Positions 27,799 through 36,028 of a DNA stretch of 64,000 bases are shown here, in pieces. The notes below the pieces were generated by a model. The model did not search any database and was not told the origin of the DNA. It saw only the letters and a list, made by a program, of their open reading frames with translations. The DNA is from Pseudomonadota bacterium (GTDB lineage Bacteria; Pseudomonadota; Gammaproteobacteria; Burkholderiales; JAJZUU01): NCBI GenBank assembly GCA_021848325.1, contig JAJZUU010000002.1:26630-90629 (forward strand). Direction: 5' to 3'. Position numbers and translations under genes: made by a program. Positions within the stretch are counted from its first letter, which is position 1, and each line of letters starts with the position of its first letter.

Positions 27799-29331
27799 TT
27801 ATTCCTTCGTTCCCAGTTGGATTGCCGTGCTCACCAACTGATGCACGCCGCCGTTCATGCTGGTGTCGAAACCGTAAAACGGCAGCACCTTGTTGAACTG
27901 CGCCTTACAGATGGCGCAAATGGACGCGAAGAAATTAACCCCATGATCGTCCACCACCTGCTTCAGCGCCTCCATCCGGGGCAGCGCGCCCTTGACGCGG
28001 ATTTCCAGCAGATCGTCGGTCAACAGCCCGCCGCCGCCGCCGCAGCAGAACGTGCTTTCGCAGATGGTGTCCTGCGGCATGTCGTGGAAATGATTGGCTA
28101 CCGACTTGATAATCGACCGCGGAATAACGAACTGCCCGCCGGGCATGTCGCCCATGCGCGAGGCCCGCGCCACGTTGCAGGAATCGTGGAAGGTGATGAC
28201 CCGGTGATCATTGGCCTCCTTGTCCAGATTGAGCGCGCCCCGCTGAATGAGGTCGTAGGTGAACTCGCAAATGTGCTGCGGAACCGGGTGGCGCGGATCG
28301 AGTTGCTGCTGCAGCGCCTTCGCGAACGGATCCTCACCGCCGAGGCCAACCCCGGTCAGGGTGTTCCAGAAACTGTAGGCCACCCGCCAGGCATGGCCGC
28401 ACTCGCCCACCACGATGCGCTTCGCGCCGAGGTCGAGCGCCGCCTGGCGAATACGCATGGCGGCCTTGCGCATTTGCTCATAGTTGCCGATAAACAATCC
28501 GAAGTTCCCCGCCTCGGAAGCGTGAGAACTCAGGGTCCAACTGATACCCGCCTGGTGGAACACCTTGGCGTACCCGATCAGGCTGTCCACATGGGGCTCG
28601 GAAAAGAAATCCGCGGACGGGGTAATCAACAGCACCTCCGCCCCCTTCATGTCGATGGGCAGCCTGACGTCGACCCCGGTCTCGTCCTTGATGTCCTCTT
28701 CCAGCCCGAGCATGGTGTCTTCCAGGGCGGGACCGGGCAGGCCGAGGTTGTTGCCGATTTTGTGCAGCTTGCCAAGAATCTCGCCGGTGTACTTCACCCC
28801 CAGGCCGACGCTGTCCATGATCTCCCGGGCCGCCATCGTGACCTCGGCGGTGTCGATGCCGTAGGGGCAGAACACCGAGCAACGACGGCACTCCGAGCAT
28901 TGGTTGAAGTAGCTGTACCAGTCGTCCAGCACGTCCCGCGTCAGGTCGACGGCCCCCACCAGCTTGGGGAAATACTTGCCAGCAAAGGTGAAATAGCGCC
29001 GATACACCTTCCGCACCAATTCCTGGCGCGCGACCGGCATATTCTTCGGGTCCGCCGTCCCTATGAAATAATGACATTTGTCGGTGCAGGCGCCACAGTG
29101 CACGCACGCGTCCATGTACACCCTGAACGACCGGTATTTGTCCAGCAATTCGCCCATGCGGGTGATGGCCTTCGCCTGCCAGTCATCCACCAATTGGCCC
29201 GGAAATCCCAGCGCTTCCTGAATCGGCGCCGCGGCGACGTATGGCTTGCTACCAGCCATTTCGTCCGGGCGCAGGGCGGGAATAACCGGATATTCCCTAA
29301 ACTTTGGTACTTCGAATTCCGCTGCAGCCAC
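27799..29331 (-). CDS. dsrK: DsrK, HdrD-like catalytic Fe-S subunit (CCG domains)
   Basis: CVHCGACTDKC and CSECRRCSVFC. CCG-type FCCGGGGGLL. AAGGAG lies 5 nt before GTG 29331. Confidence 0.9.
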   Translation of the reverse strand: MAAAEFEVPKFREYPVIPALRPDEMAGSKPYVAAAPIQEALGFPGQLVDDWQAKAITRMGELLDKYRSFRVYMDACVHCGACTDKCHYFIGTADPKNMPVARQELVRKVYRRYFTFAGKYFPKLVGAVDLTRDVLDDWYSYFNQCSECRRCSVFCPYGIDTAEVTMAAREIMDSVGLGVKYTGEILGKLHKIGNNLGLPGPALEDTMLGLEEDIKDETGVDVRLPIDMKGAEVLLITPSADFFSEPHVDSLIGYAKVFHQAGISWTLSSHASEAGNFGLFIGNYEQMRKAAMRIRQAALDLGAKRIVVGECGHAWRVAYSFWNTLTGVGLGGEDPFAKALQQQLDPRHPVPQHICEFTYDLIQRGALNLDKEANDHRVITFHDSCNVARASRMGDMPGGQFVIPRSIIKSVANHFHDMPQDTICESTFCCGGGGGLLTDDLLEIRVKGALPRMEALKQVVDDHGVNFFASICAICKAQFNKVLPFYGFDTSMNGGVHQLVSTAIQLGTKE

Positions 29332-29343
29332 GATCACTCCTTA

Positions 29344-30072
29344 TCATTTTTCAAGTTCGGCCGCCCAGGGCGCCAGGTGCCGCACTTCGCGCGGGTTATC
29401 CACCTGGTTGCGCGACGGGCTGAAGAACAGCCCCGGTGCGTGCAGGAGCTTGCTGATCGGGAAAATCGCCATCAGCGCCGCCACCAGGAACAGGTGCACC
29501 AGCAAGACGGGATCGGCGGGCAACGGCTGCCAATCGAAGTACATCAGCCCGAGAATGAACGCCTTCACGTCCACGATATCGGTGTGCGCCACAAATTTTA
29601 TCGTCAGCCCGCTCAGGCCGATTCCAATCAGCAGGAGCAGAATGAGGTGATCGGAGACGGTGGAGATGTACTTGATGCGCTCCACGAACAGGCGGCGCGC
29701 CCACAACCCCGCGAGACCCGCCACCATGGCGAACCCGGCATATTTGCCAAAGGGCTGGACGAGCACCACCCATCCCCACACGGGTTCCGTAAAATAGCGC
29801 AGGTGGCGCATCAGCACCAGCAGCAGGGAAAAATGAAACAGCCATCCGAAAATCCAAATCCACTTGTTGGACTTGAATAGGCTCTCGAAGAAAACCACTT
29901 CCCGGCCCAACCGATACACGACACCTGTCGTTGTGGTCGGCGCGGGCGTGGTCGGAATCTTGAGCGGTGCCGGCGTGCGGCTGTACAGATATATCTTGTA
30001 AGCCAACCCACCGATCAGCATCGCGCTCGCCGCATAGAAGATGCAGGCGTAAAAAATCGTTACGAATGACAT
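29344..30072 (-). CDS. dsrM: DsrM, NarI-like diheme cytochrome b membrane subunit
   Basis: Five hydrophobic helices. 242 aa. Follows dsrC and precedes dsrK. Confidence 0.9.
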   Translation of the reverse strand: MSFVTIFYACIFYAASAMLIGGLAYKIYLYSRTPAPLKIPTTPAPTTTTGVVYRLGREVVFFESLFKSNKWIWIFGWLFHFSLLLVLMRHLRYFTEPVWGWVVLVQPFGKYAGFAMVAGLAGLWARRLFVERIKYISTVSDHLILLLLIGIGLSGLTIKFVAHTDIVDVKAFILGLMYFDWQPLPADPVLLVHLFLVAALMAIFPISKLLHAPGLFFSPSRNQVDNPREVRHLAPWAAELEK

Positions 30073-30214
30073 GCAGTAACCCTCAGGCTCGAGTTAACGC
30101 GAACGCGCGGGGCCGCGGGAGCTACTGGCGCGCAGGCCGCTCGTCCCGAACCGAACTCGGACGGCGTCTGTGCGCCGCCCGCTCCGGTCTCTCCTCCACC
30201 CCTTTTTTTCTTGC

Positions 30215-30547
30215 TTAGATACAGCCGGTCGGCTTGGGCAAACCGGCGATTTTGCACGCCTGCTTTGCCGGACCATACGGGAACAGCTCATACAGATACT
30301 TGCTGCTGCCCTTCTCCGGCCCCAACTTCTTGCCGATGGCCTTGGTCAGCACGCGCACCGCGGGAGCGATCTGATAGTCGTTGTAGTACTCGCGCAGGAA
30401 GTTGATCACTTCCCAGTGGTTGTCGCTCAGATCGACCTTCTCTTCGGCCGCGAGGTATTTCGCAACATCCTCGTTCCATTCGCTGAGGTTGATCAGATAT
30501 CCCTCTTCGTCGGTCTCGTAGGTCTTACCGTTCAGTTCAAAACTCAT
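30215..30547 (-). CDS. dsrC: DsrC, bona fide form with both redox-active cysteines
   Basis: C-terminus ...AKQACKIAGLPKPTGCI has CysB-X10-CysA with CysA penultimate. 110 aa. Confidence 0.95.
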   Translation of the reverse strand: MSFELNGKTYETDEEGYLINLSEWNEDVAKYLAAEEKVDLSDNHWEVINFLREYYNDYQIAPAVRVLTKAIGKKLGPEKGSSKYLYELFPYGPAKQACKIAGLPKPTGCI

Positions 30548-30577
30548 AACCTTATCTCCTTCAAAAATAGCTGCAAA

Positions 30578-30877
30578 CTACAGCCAGGATTGAGCGTTGT
30601 TGTGCTCCGCCACCAAGTCCACAAAACCGCCGTAGTCGACCAGTTTAACACCCTCGATCACGGCATCCTGCATGCCTCGCGCCTCCAGATCGGGCCACAG
30701 CGCATACACGCTCCGGTCCTTCAGCGCCTCCTTGATTTTGCCTTCGGCGATATTTCCCTTGGTCGCCCCGTACACGCCGTCCTCGATCAGCAGAACAGCC
30801 GAACCCTTTCCGCTCATCCGCAGGCAGCTGTCCAGCGTGTTCCGCTCGGACGGAGATTTGTTAACGATATGCAGCAT
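30578..30877 (-). CDS. dsrH: DsrH sulfur-relay subunit
   Basis: MLHIVNKSP...LDSCLRM (conserved Cys). 99 aa. Follows dsrF. Confidence 0.9.
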   Translation of the reverse strand: MLHIVNKSPSERNTLDSCLRMSGKGSAVLLIEDGVYGATKGNIAEGKIKEALKDRSVYALWPDLEARGMQDAVIEGVKLVDYGGFVDLVAEHNNAQSWL

Positions 30878-30890
30878 CTCGCCCTCTCCC

Positions 30891-31298
30891 TCAGAAGCTT
30901 ATTACAACGTCTTGCTCGGTCATCAGAGCGGCCATCTCCGCGGAAGTCAGCACCTCCACCGGGACAATCAGGTTGTCCACTGTCAGGTTTCTGGCTTCCA
31001 GGGATTCCTTTTCCACGTAGAGCTTTTCGATATCGTACCCCTCCAGGGCGCGATATGTCGGCGAGAAATTCTTCACGTCGATCGCCTTGGTATGCTGCCC
31101 TTTCACCAGTTGGTAGATACCGTCGTCGAGGAACACCAAGCTCACGTCCTGATCAAAGGCGGCGCTGATCAGCACCACCTCCAGACCTTCAAGCGCATAG
31201 ATCGTACCGTAGGGGGCCTTCCGGTTGACGAACATGAACTTCTTGATCACCCCGGACATCTCTTCGTCCAATTCCACCCCCCCTGTCGTTTCAGTCAT
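30891..31298 (-). CDS. dsrF: DsrF sulfur-relay subunit
   Basis: DsrE/F-fold sequence KKFMFVNRKAPYGTIYALEGLEV. GGAGG lies 4 nt before ATG 31298; the track ORF starts at an upstream TTG. Confidence 0.9.
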   Translation of the reverse strand: MTETTGGVELDEEMSGVIKKFMFVNRKAPYGTIYALEGLEVVLISAAFDQDVSLVFLDDGIYQLVKGQHTKAIDVKNFSPTYRALEGYDIEKLYVEKESLEARNLTVDNLIVPVEVLTSAEMAALMTEQDVVISF

Positions 31299-31312
31299 GA
31301 AGCCTCCGCAAT

Positions 31313-31672
31313 TCAATCACCAAAGACCACCAGACGGTCGGTCTGGATCCCTGCTTCCACCAACTGCCCCAGACCGGAGATCCTGAAGCCCGGCGCGAGA
31401 TTTTCGTCCCTGATGCCGCGTCTCAAGGCTGCCGCCACGCACACCACCAGGTCGACGCCATGATCTTCCGCAAGCTTGGACCAGCGGTTGACAATATGCC
31501 GGTCGTCCTGGGGCGGTTCGGTCAGCTTGGTGGCGTTATTCACACCGTCGTGGTAGAAAAACACCCGCGGAACCCCATACCCCTTTTCCAGCGCCGCCTT
31601 GATAAACAGATACGCCGTGTCGGTCGCCTGGTGCGTATAGGGCCCCTCGCTTACCATGATTCCAAATTTCAT
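31313..31672 (-). CDS. dsrE: DsrE sulfur-relay subunit (active-site Cys present)
   Basis: MKFGIMVSEGPYTHQA...DLVVCVAAALRRG. 119 aa. Confidence 0.9.
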   Translation of the reverse strand: MKFGIMVSEGPYTHQATDTAYLFIKAALEKGYGVPRVFFYHDGVNNATKLTEPPQDDRHIVNRWSKLAEDHGVDLVVCVAAALRRGIRDENLAPGFRISGLGQLVEAGIQTDRLVVFGD

Positions 31673-31764
31673 ACCTGTACACCCTGATATCTAATATACA
31701 AATATCGCCCACCTGCAGCCAAGGCAACACTACCCCGGCCGCGGGGGGCGGCCGTACCACCCTG

Positions 31765-32835
31765 TCAGAACCGCACGTGGGCGGAGGCGTTGAGACTCGC
31801 CCTGGAACCGCGCCAGTCGTCGATCATGTACTTGACGAACGGCAATCCGGTCTTCTCGAAGAAGCGCGGCCAGCCGATGCGATCGATCCAGTCGGAGGTC
31901 CGCTCCCACGGATGAGCGTCTTCCTTGTAAGCGTGAAGGATCTTCTTCACGACTTCCGCCACCTCCGGCCAGCGCGGCGGATTGTTCGGAATTCCGGCCG
32001 CAACCATCTTGTGGAAGGTGGGTTTGCCACGGGCGTTGGCGTTCTTGCCGCCGACCCAAATCGCAAACTTGGAATGCTCCGGATCGTTGATTTGCATCGG
32101 CGGGCAGGGAGGATAGCAAGCGCCGCAGCAGATGCATTTCTTCTCGTCCACTTCCAGGGACGGTTTGCCGTTCACCAGTGCCGGGCGGATCGCAGCCACC
32201 GGGCAGCGGGCCACCACGGTAGGACGTTCGCACGCATTGGCCACCAGATCGTGGTTGATCTTGGGCGGTTTGGTGTGCTGGATAACAATCGCGATATCGC
32301 CCTGGCCGCCGCAGTTGATCTCGCAGCAGGAGGTAGTGATCTTGACCCGGTGCGGCATCTCTTCGTTGATGAACTCGTGATGCAACTCGTCCATCAGCGC
32401 CTTAACCGCGCCGGAGGCATCGGTACCCGGGATGTCGCAGTGCAGCCAGCCCTGGGTGTGGGCGATCATGGAAACCGAGTTTCCGGTCCCCCCGACGGGG
32501 AAGCCGCTGTTGGTCAGCTCGGCCACCAGCGGGGCGACCTTCTTCTCGTCGCTAACCATGTACTCGATGTTGCTGCGGGTGGTAAAGCGAACGTGCCCCT
32601 CGGCAAACTTGTCCGCGATATCGCACAGTTTGCGGATGGTATAGAGATCCATCTGCCGCTGGGTACCCGCCTTCACCGTCCAGATCTGGTCGCCGTTATG
32701 GGCTACGTGATGCAGCACGCCGGGGCGGGGGCGATCGTGGTACTTCCAGTTACCATAATTCTTCTTCATCAGGGGATGAAGATACTGCACATGGTCTGGC
32801 ACACCACTCTCAATGGGTTGACGCATTTCAGCCAT
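31765..32835 (-). CDS. dsrB: dissimilatory sulfite reductase beta subunit (oxidative type)
   Basis: 356 aa. Siroheme/Fe-S Cys motifs TTSCCEINCGG and KCICCGACYPPC. Follows dsrA. Confidence 0.95.
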   Translation of the reverse strand: MAEMRQPIESGVPDHVQYLHPLMKKNYGNWKYHDRPRPGVLHHVAHNGDQIWTVKAGTQRQMDLYTIRKLCDIADKFAEGHVRFTTRSNIEYMVSDEKKVAPLVAELTNSGFPVGGTGNSVSMIAHTQGWLHCDIPGTDASGAVKALMDELHHEFINEEMPHRVKITTSCCEINCGGQGDIAIVIQHTKPPKINHDLVANACERPTVVARCPVAAIRPALVNGKPSLEVDEKKCICCGACYPPCPPMQINDPEHSKFAIWVGGKNANARGKPTFHKMVAAGIPNNPPRWPEVAEVVKKILHAYKEDAHPWERTSDWIDRIGWPRFFEKTGLPFVKYMIDDWRGSRASLNASAHVRF

Positions 32836-32892
32836 TATTTCTCTCCAAACTGTCTGTTTGCAAATCCGACCTTATCAAGCCCAACCGCGCAA

Positions 32893-34176
32893 TCAGGCCG
32901 CGCTCGCTTGCTTTTGCTTGATCTTGGCGACTTCCTCATCCCAGCCGTCCATGCGGACGTACGGGTTGGTCCTGGGGTAGTTGACCATGTTGGGATCGAT
33001 ATCGAGGCCAATCCCCTCCAGGAAGTTGACCAGGCCGATGCGTTCGATCATCTCCCCGGTACGCTCGTGCTCCAGCGCGTTTTCCGCGAAGAAGTCGATC
33101 ATGTTGCCAGCCAACTCCACCAGCGCCTCGAAGTCCTCTTCGGTTTCGAGTTTCATGAACGGAACCACCATGGTGCCCATCAGGTCACCGATCTTCAGGG
33201 TGCGCTTGCCGCCTACCAAAACGCTCACGCCCTTGTCTGTGCCCGTCGCGAGGGCACCGGTCATGACATTGATGCAGTGCATGCAGCGCACGCAGTTGGA
33301 ATTATCGACTTCCACCGAATGGGTGTCGCTCACCGCCACGGCGGAGATGCGCTCGCCCTTGGCCACTTTGGCGCTTTCCTTGAGGGTGATGGCCTTGGTC
33401 GGGCAGCGGCTGATGACGTTGTTCACCAAGTCATCCATGCCGTGCTTGGCATACCATTTCCGGGCCAGACCTTCGTCCACCCGCATGTTGTCGCGCCAGG
33501 TGCCGATCACCGCCATGTCTGCGCGCTGGATGGAATTCACACAGTCGTTGGGGCAGCCGGAAAACTTGAACTTGAATTTATACGGCAGGGCCGGACGGTG
33601 CATATCGTCCAGGAAGTTGTTGACCACCATGCGCAACGCCTTGCCTTCGTCGTAGCAAGACTGTTCGCAACGGGCCGCGCCGACACAGGACATGGAGGTG
33701 CGCACCGCGGGGCCGGCGCCGCCCATGTCGAAGCCCAATTCGTTGAGCTCATCGAAGGCAGGCTGAACGTTGTCGCTGCTGATCCCTTGGAACATGATGT
33801 CGCCGCTCTGGCCGTGGAAAGCGATCAGACCGGAACCGTGCCGTTCCCAGATGTCGCAGAACTTGCGCAGGATGTCCGTGTTGTAGTGCATCCCGGCGGG
33901 CGGCATGATCCGCAAGGTGTGAAACTCGGAGGATTCCGGAAACATGCTGGCCACTTCCGAGAAGCGCGGAATCACGCCGCCGCCGTACCCAAACACGCCA
34001 ACCGTCCCGCCCTTCCAGTAGCCCTTGCGGGTCTGGTAGGAATGCTCAAGCTGGCCGAGCAGATCAACCATCATGTCGTTGTCTTGCGCCAGACGCTTGA
34101 GGCCGGTTACAAAGCTGGGCCACGGACCGCTTTCCAATTGGTCGAGATTGGGGGTCTCGTGCATTTTCTTCGCCAT
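32893..34176 (-). CDS. dsrA: dissimilatory sulfite reductase alpha subunit (oxidative type)
   Basis: MAKKMHETPNLDQLESGPWPSFV...FKFKFSGCPNDC...CVRCMHC. GAGGAG precedes ATG 34176. Confidence 0.95.
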   Translation of the reverse strand: MAKKMHETPNLDQLESGPWPSFVTGLKRLAQDNDMMVDLLGQLEHSYQTRKGYWKGGTVGVFGYGGGVIPRFSEVASMFPESSEFHTLRIMPPAGMHYNTDILRKFCDIWERHGSGLIAFHGQSGDIMFQGISSDNVQPAFDELNELGFDMGGAGPAVRTSMSCVGAARCEQSCYDEGKALRMVVNNFLDDMHRPALPYKFKFKFSGCPNDCVNSIQRADMAVIGTWRDNMRVDEGLARKWYAKHGMDDLVNNVISRCPTKAITLKESAKVAKGERISAVAVSDTHSVEVDNSNCVRCMHCINVMTGALATGTDKGVSVLVGGKRTLKIGDLMGTMVVPFMKLETEEDFEALVELAGNMIDFFAENALEHERTGEMIERIGLVNFLEGIGLDIDPNMVNYPRTNPYVRMDGWDEEVAKIKQKQASAA

Positions 34177-34617
34177 AGGTATCACTCCTCAAGATTTTAA
34201 CAGTTACTCACTCAAGGCCAGCGGAACAATCCGAAGCCTATTGGTTTCACCACCCGGATCACGGAATCGATGCAGCACCGGACGCTCTTCAGCGAAAATT
34301 ATTAACCCGCTACGCCTAACGGCATAGCGGGCTTTGTTCGCAGGACACGCCCAGAATGTCTTCATCCGCAGCAGTTGGCCCAATGTTACAAGGGCGTCGA
34401 AGTGGGCGCTATCCTTCCGGTTGGGTGGTACGATACTACCCACAAGGAGTATATGGCCGTATCCCACTTCGGTAACCGGCATTTCGTCCGCGCTAAGTAT
34501 AATAGTATAGTTTAGGGTGCCGATTCCGCTGTAAGAATGAAGTTTTATTTTAATTGCGTCTTGATCGGCAACCCGGCGATCCCATATAGTTCCCCAGAAA
34601 ACCCATGGAGGCGCAGC

Positions 34618-34839
34618 ATGGAGCAAATCACCAAGCTCGATAAATTCATTGTGCCGTTCGGCGGTCGCGAAATCGAATTGCAGCAGGTCGACTACGCGAC
34701 GGGGGGCATGAGCTTGCTCCGCATCCGCATCCGTGAGCACAAGAGGTTTACCATCTTCGAGCTCGACCCCGATAGCGCCGAACACTGGGGAGATGCGATG
34801 GTGGCGTGGGCGCGGCAACAGAAGGCGTTATCCGCCTGA
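34618..34839 (+). CDS. small hypothetical protein (73 aa), first gene of the unit divergent from dsrA
   Basis: GGAGG lies 6 nt before ATG 34618. MEQITKLDKFIVPFGGREIELQQVDYATGGMSLLRIRIREHKRFTIFELDPDSAEHWGDAMVAWARQQ. No family recognised. Confidence 0.55.
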   Translation: MEQITKLDKFIVPFGGREIELQQVDYATGGMSLLRIRIREHKRFTIFELDPDSAEHWGDAMVAWARQQKALSA

Positions 34840-34860
34840 CCGCCGCAGACTAATGTCTTG

Positions 34861-35496
34861 ATGGAGACAGGTTTGGAAGACACACAGGACAAGATCGAAT
34901 CCTCCGTTGTGGATATCGTGTTCGACATTGAGGGCAAGGCCATCCCGGAAGACAATAGCTCGGCGCTCTGGCGCGAGGTGTTGCGCCATCTGCCCTGGCT
35001 CGAACAGGAGAAACACGCCGGCATCCACCCCCTTCAGGCGGCGCCGTCCGACTATGGTATGCTTCTGCTCACGCGGCGCACCAAGCTGGTGCTGCGGGTG
35101 GCGCAGGCGCACGTGGCGGCGGCGATGGAACTGACCGGCCGCCAATTGGATATCGGGGACAACGTACTTCGGGTGGGCAGCGGGAAGGTGCGTCCGCTGC
35201 CGGTTTTCGGGACGATCTACGCGCATTTTGTGGACATGGGCAGCGCCGACGAGACGCAGTTCGCGCGCCATCTCGCGCGGCGCCTGGAGGAAATGAAGAT
35301 CCAGACCAAGTTCATCTGCGGCAAGCGGCAAGCGCTGCATACGGACCAGGGCGTCGTCTCCGGCTTCAGCCTTATGCTATACGATCTGACGCCCGCACAG
35401 TCCATCCTGCTCCAGGAGATCGGTCTGGGCGCCAATCGCAAACTAGGTTGCGGCATCTTCATCCCCCACAAGTCGATCGCGGCCATCATGGCATGA
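34861..35496 (+). CDS. Cas6/Cmx6-like RAMP-family protein (orphan, no CRISPR context)
   Basis: 212 aa. C-proximal GLGANRKLGCG matches the Cas6 glycine-rich loop GhGxxxxxGhG, followed by IFIPHK. I recall this family being annotated as type I-MYXAN Cas6/Cmx6. I am confident this is a real gene; the family assignment is less sure. Confidence 0.5.
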   Translation: METGLEDTQDKIESSVVDIVFDIEGKAIPEDNSSALWREVLRHLPWLEQEKHAGIHPLQAAPSDYGMLLLTRRTKLVLRVAQAHVAAAMELTGRQLDIGDNVLRVGSGKVRPLPVFGTIYAHFVDMGSADETQFARHLARRLEEMKIQTKFICGKRQALHTDQGVVSGFSLMLYDLTPAQSILLQEIGLGANRKLGCGIFIPHKSIAAIMA

Positions 35497-35507
35497 GGGT
35501 ACCCGGC

Positions 35508-35550
35508 CCGGCCATCGGAATCGTTCCGGCGGCCGGTTAGATTTTATTTT
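35508..35550 (+). terminator. intrinsic terminator after the Cas6-like gene
   Basis: ccggccatcggaa-tcg-ttccggcggccgg (13-bp stem with a 2-nt internal mismatch), followed by ttagattttatttt. Confidence 0.55.
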
Positions 35551-35585
35551 GTCAACAACCCCAGCAATTATGAAAGGAGAAAAAA

Positions 35586-35915
35586 ATGGGATATGTAATT
35601 GGCGGCGTGGAACTGGAGACCGACGGTGACGGCTATCTGCTGGAACCCAACTTCAGCGACGAAGCGGTTGAGGTCATCGCTGCGGCCGAAGGCATCAAAC
35701 TGACCGACGGCCACTGGGAAGTGGTCAATTACATGCGCGACGAGTACAAGGAGCAAGGCCATACGCCCAACTTCCGCAACATGCTCAAGGGCTTCTCGGC
35801 CAGCCATCCCGGCGTCGACAGCAAGTATCTCTATGACCTGTTCCCCACGGGGCCGGCCAAACAGGCCGCCAAGGTGGCCGGCCTGCCGCAGCCCTACGGC
35901 AAGGGCGGCTACTGA
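35586..35915 (+). CDS. DsrC/TusE-family paralog lacking both conserved cysteines
   Basis: Aligns along its length with the DsrC at 30215-30547 (GHWEVVNYMRDEY / NHWEVINFLREYY; YLYDLFPTGPAKQAAKVAGLPQP / YLYELFPYGPAKQACKIAGLPKP). It ends PYGKGGY and contains no Cys at all. AAAGGAGA precedes the ATG. Confidence 0.85.
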   Translation: MGYVIGGVELETDGDGYLLEPNFSDEAVEVIAAAEGIKLTDGHWEVVNYMRDEYKEQGHTPNFRNMLKGFSASHPGVDSKYLYDLFPTGPAKQAAKVAGLPQPYGKGGY

Positions 35916-36028
35916 GCCCGACGTCGTCTGCGTTGCAAGAGAAGCAAGCCGCCGTGCCGCGGCCCCGGGTTTCCGGGGACCGGGCAGGGCGGGCGCCCAC
36001 CGGCAAATTTCGCCCCTGATCCGACAAC

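Noticed and set aside
31777-34200. 807-aa plus-strand ORF. Similar giants occur at 25574..27706, 27817..29880, 1623..3368, 4741..6363, 42850..44409, 53350..54915 and 55112..56515.
   Set aside because: All are antisense to genes with unmistakable family signatures (dsrAB, dsrL, dsrK, patB, arsB, gltX, glyA, pmbA). All have the Arg/Gly/Pro/His-rich, low-information composition typical of shadow frames in high-GC DNA.
34204-34818. 204-aa minus-strand ORF directly upstream of dsrA.
   Set aside because: It spans the AT-richer promoter region and overlaps the better-supported plus-strand 73-aa ORF, which has a strong SD. It has no SD of its own, an odd composition and no recognisable family. I treat it as a chance frame.
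34177-35585. Search for a CRISPR repeat-spacer array near the Cas6-like gene.
   Set aside because: I found no direct repeats of 25-40 nt with regular spacing, here or elsewhere in the window. Only isolated hairpins are present.
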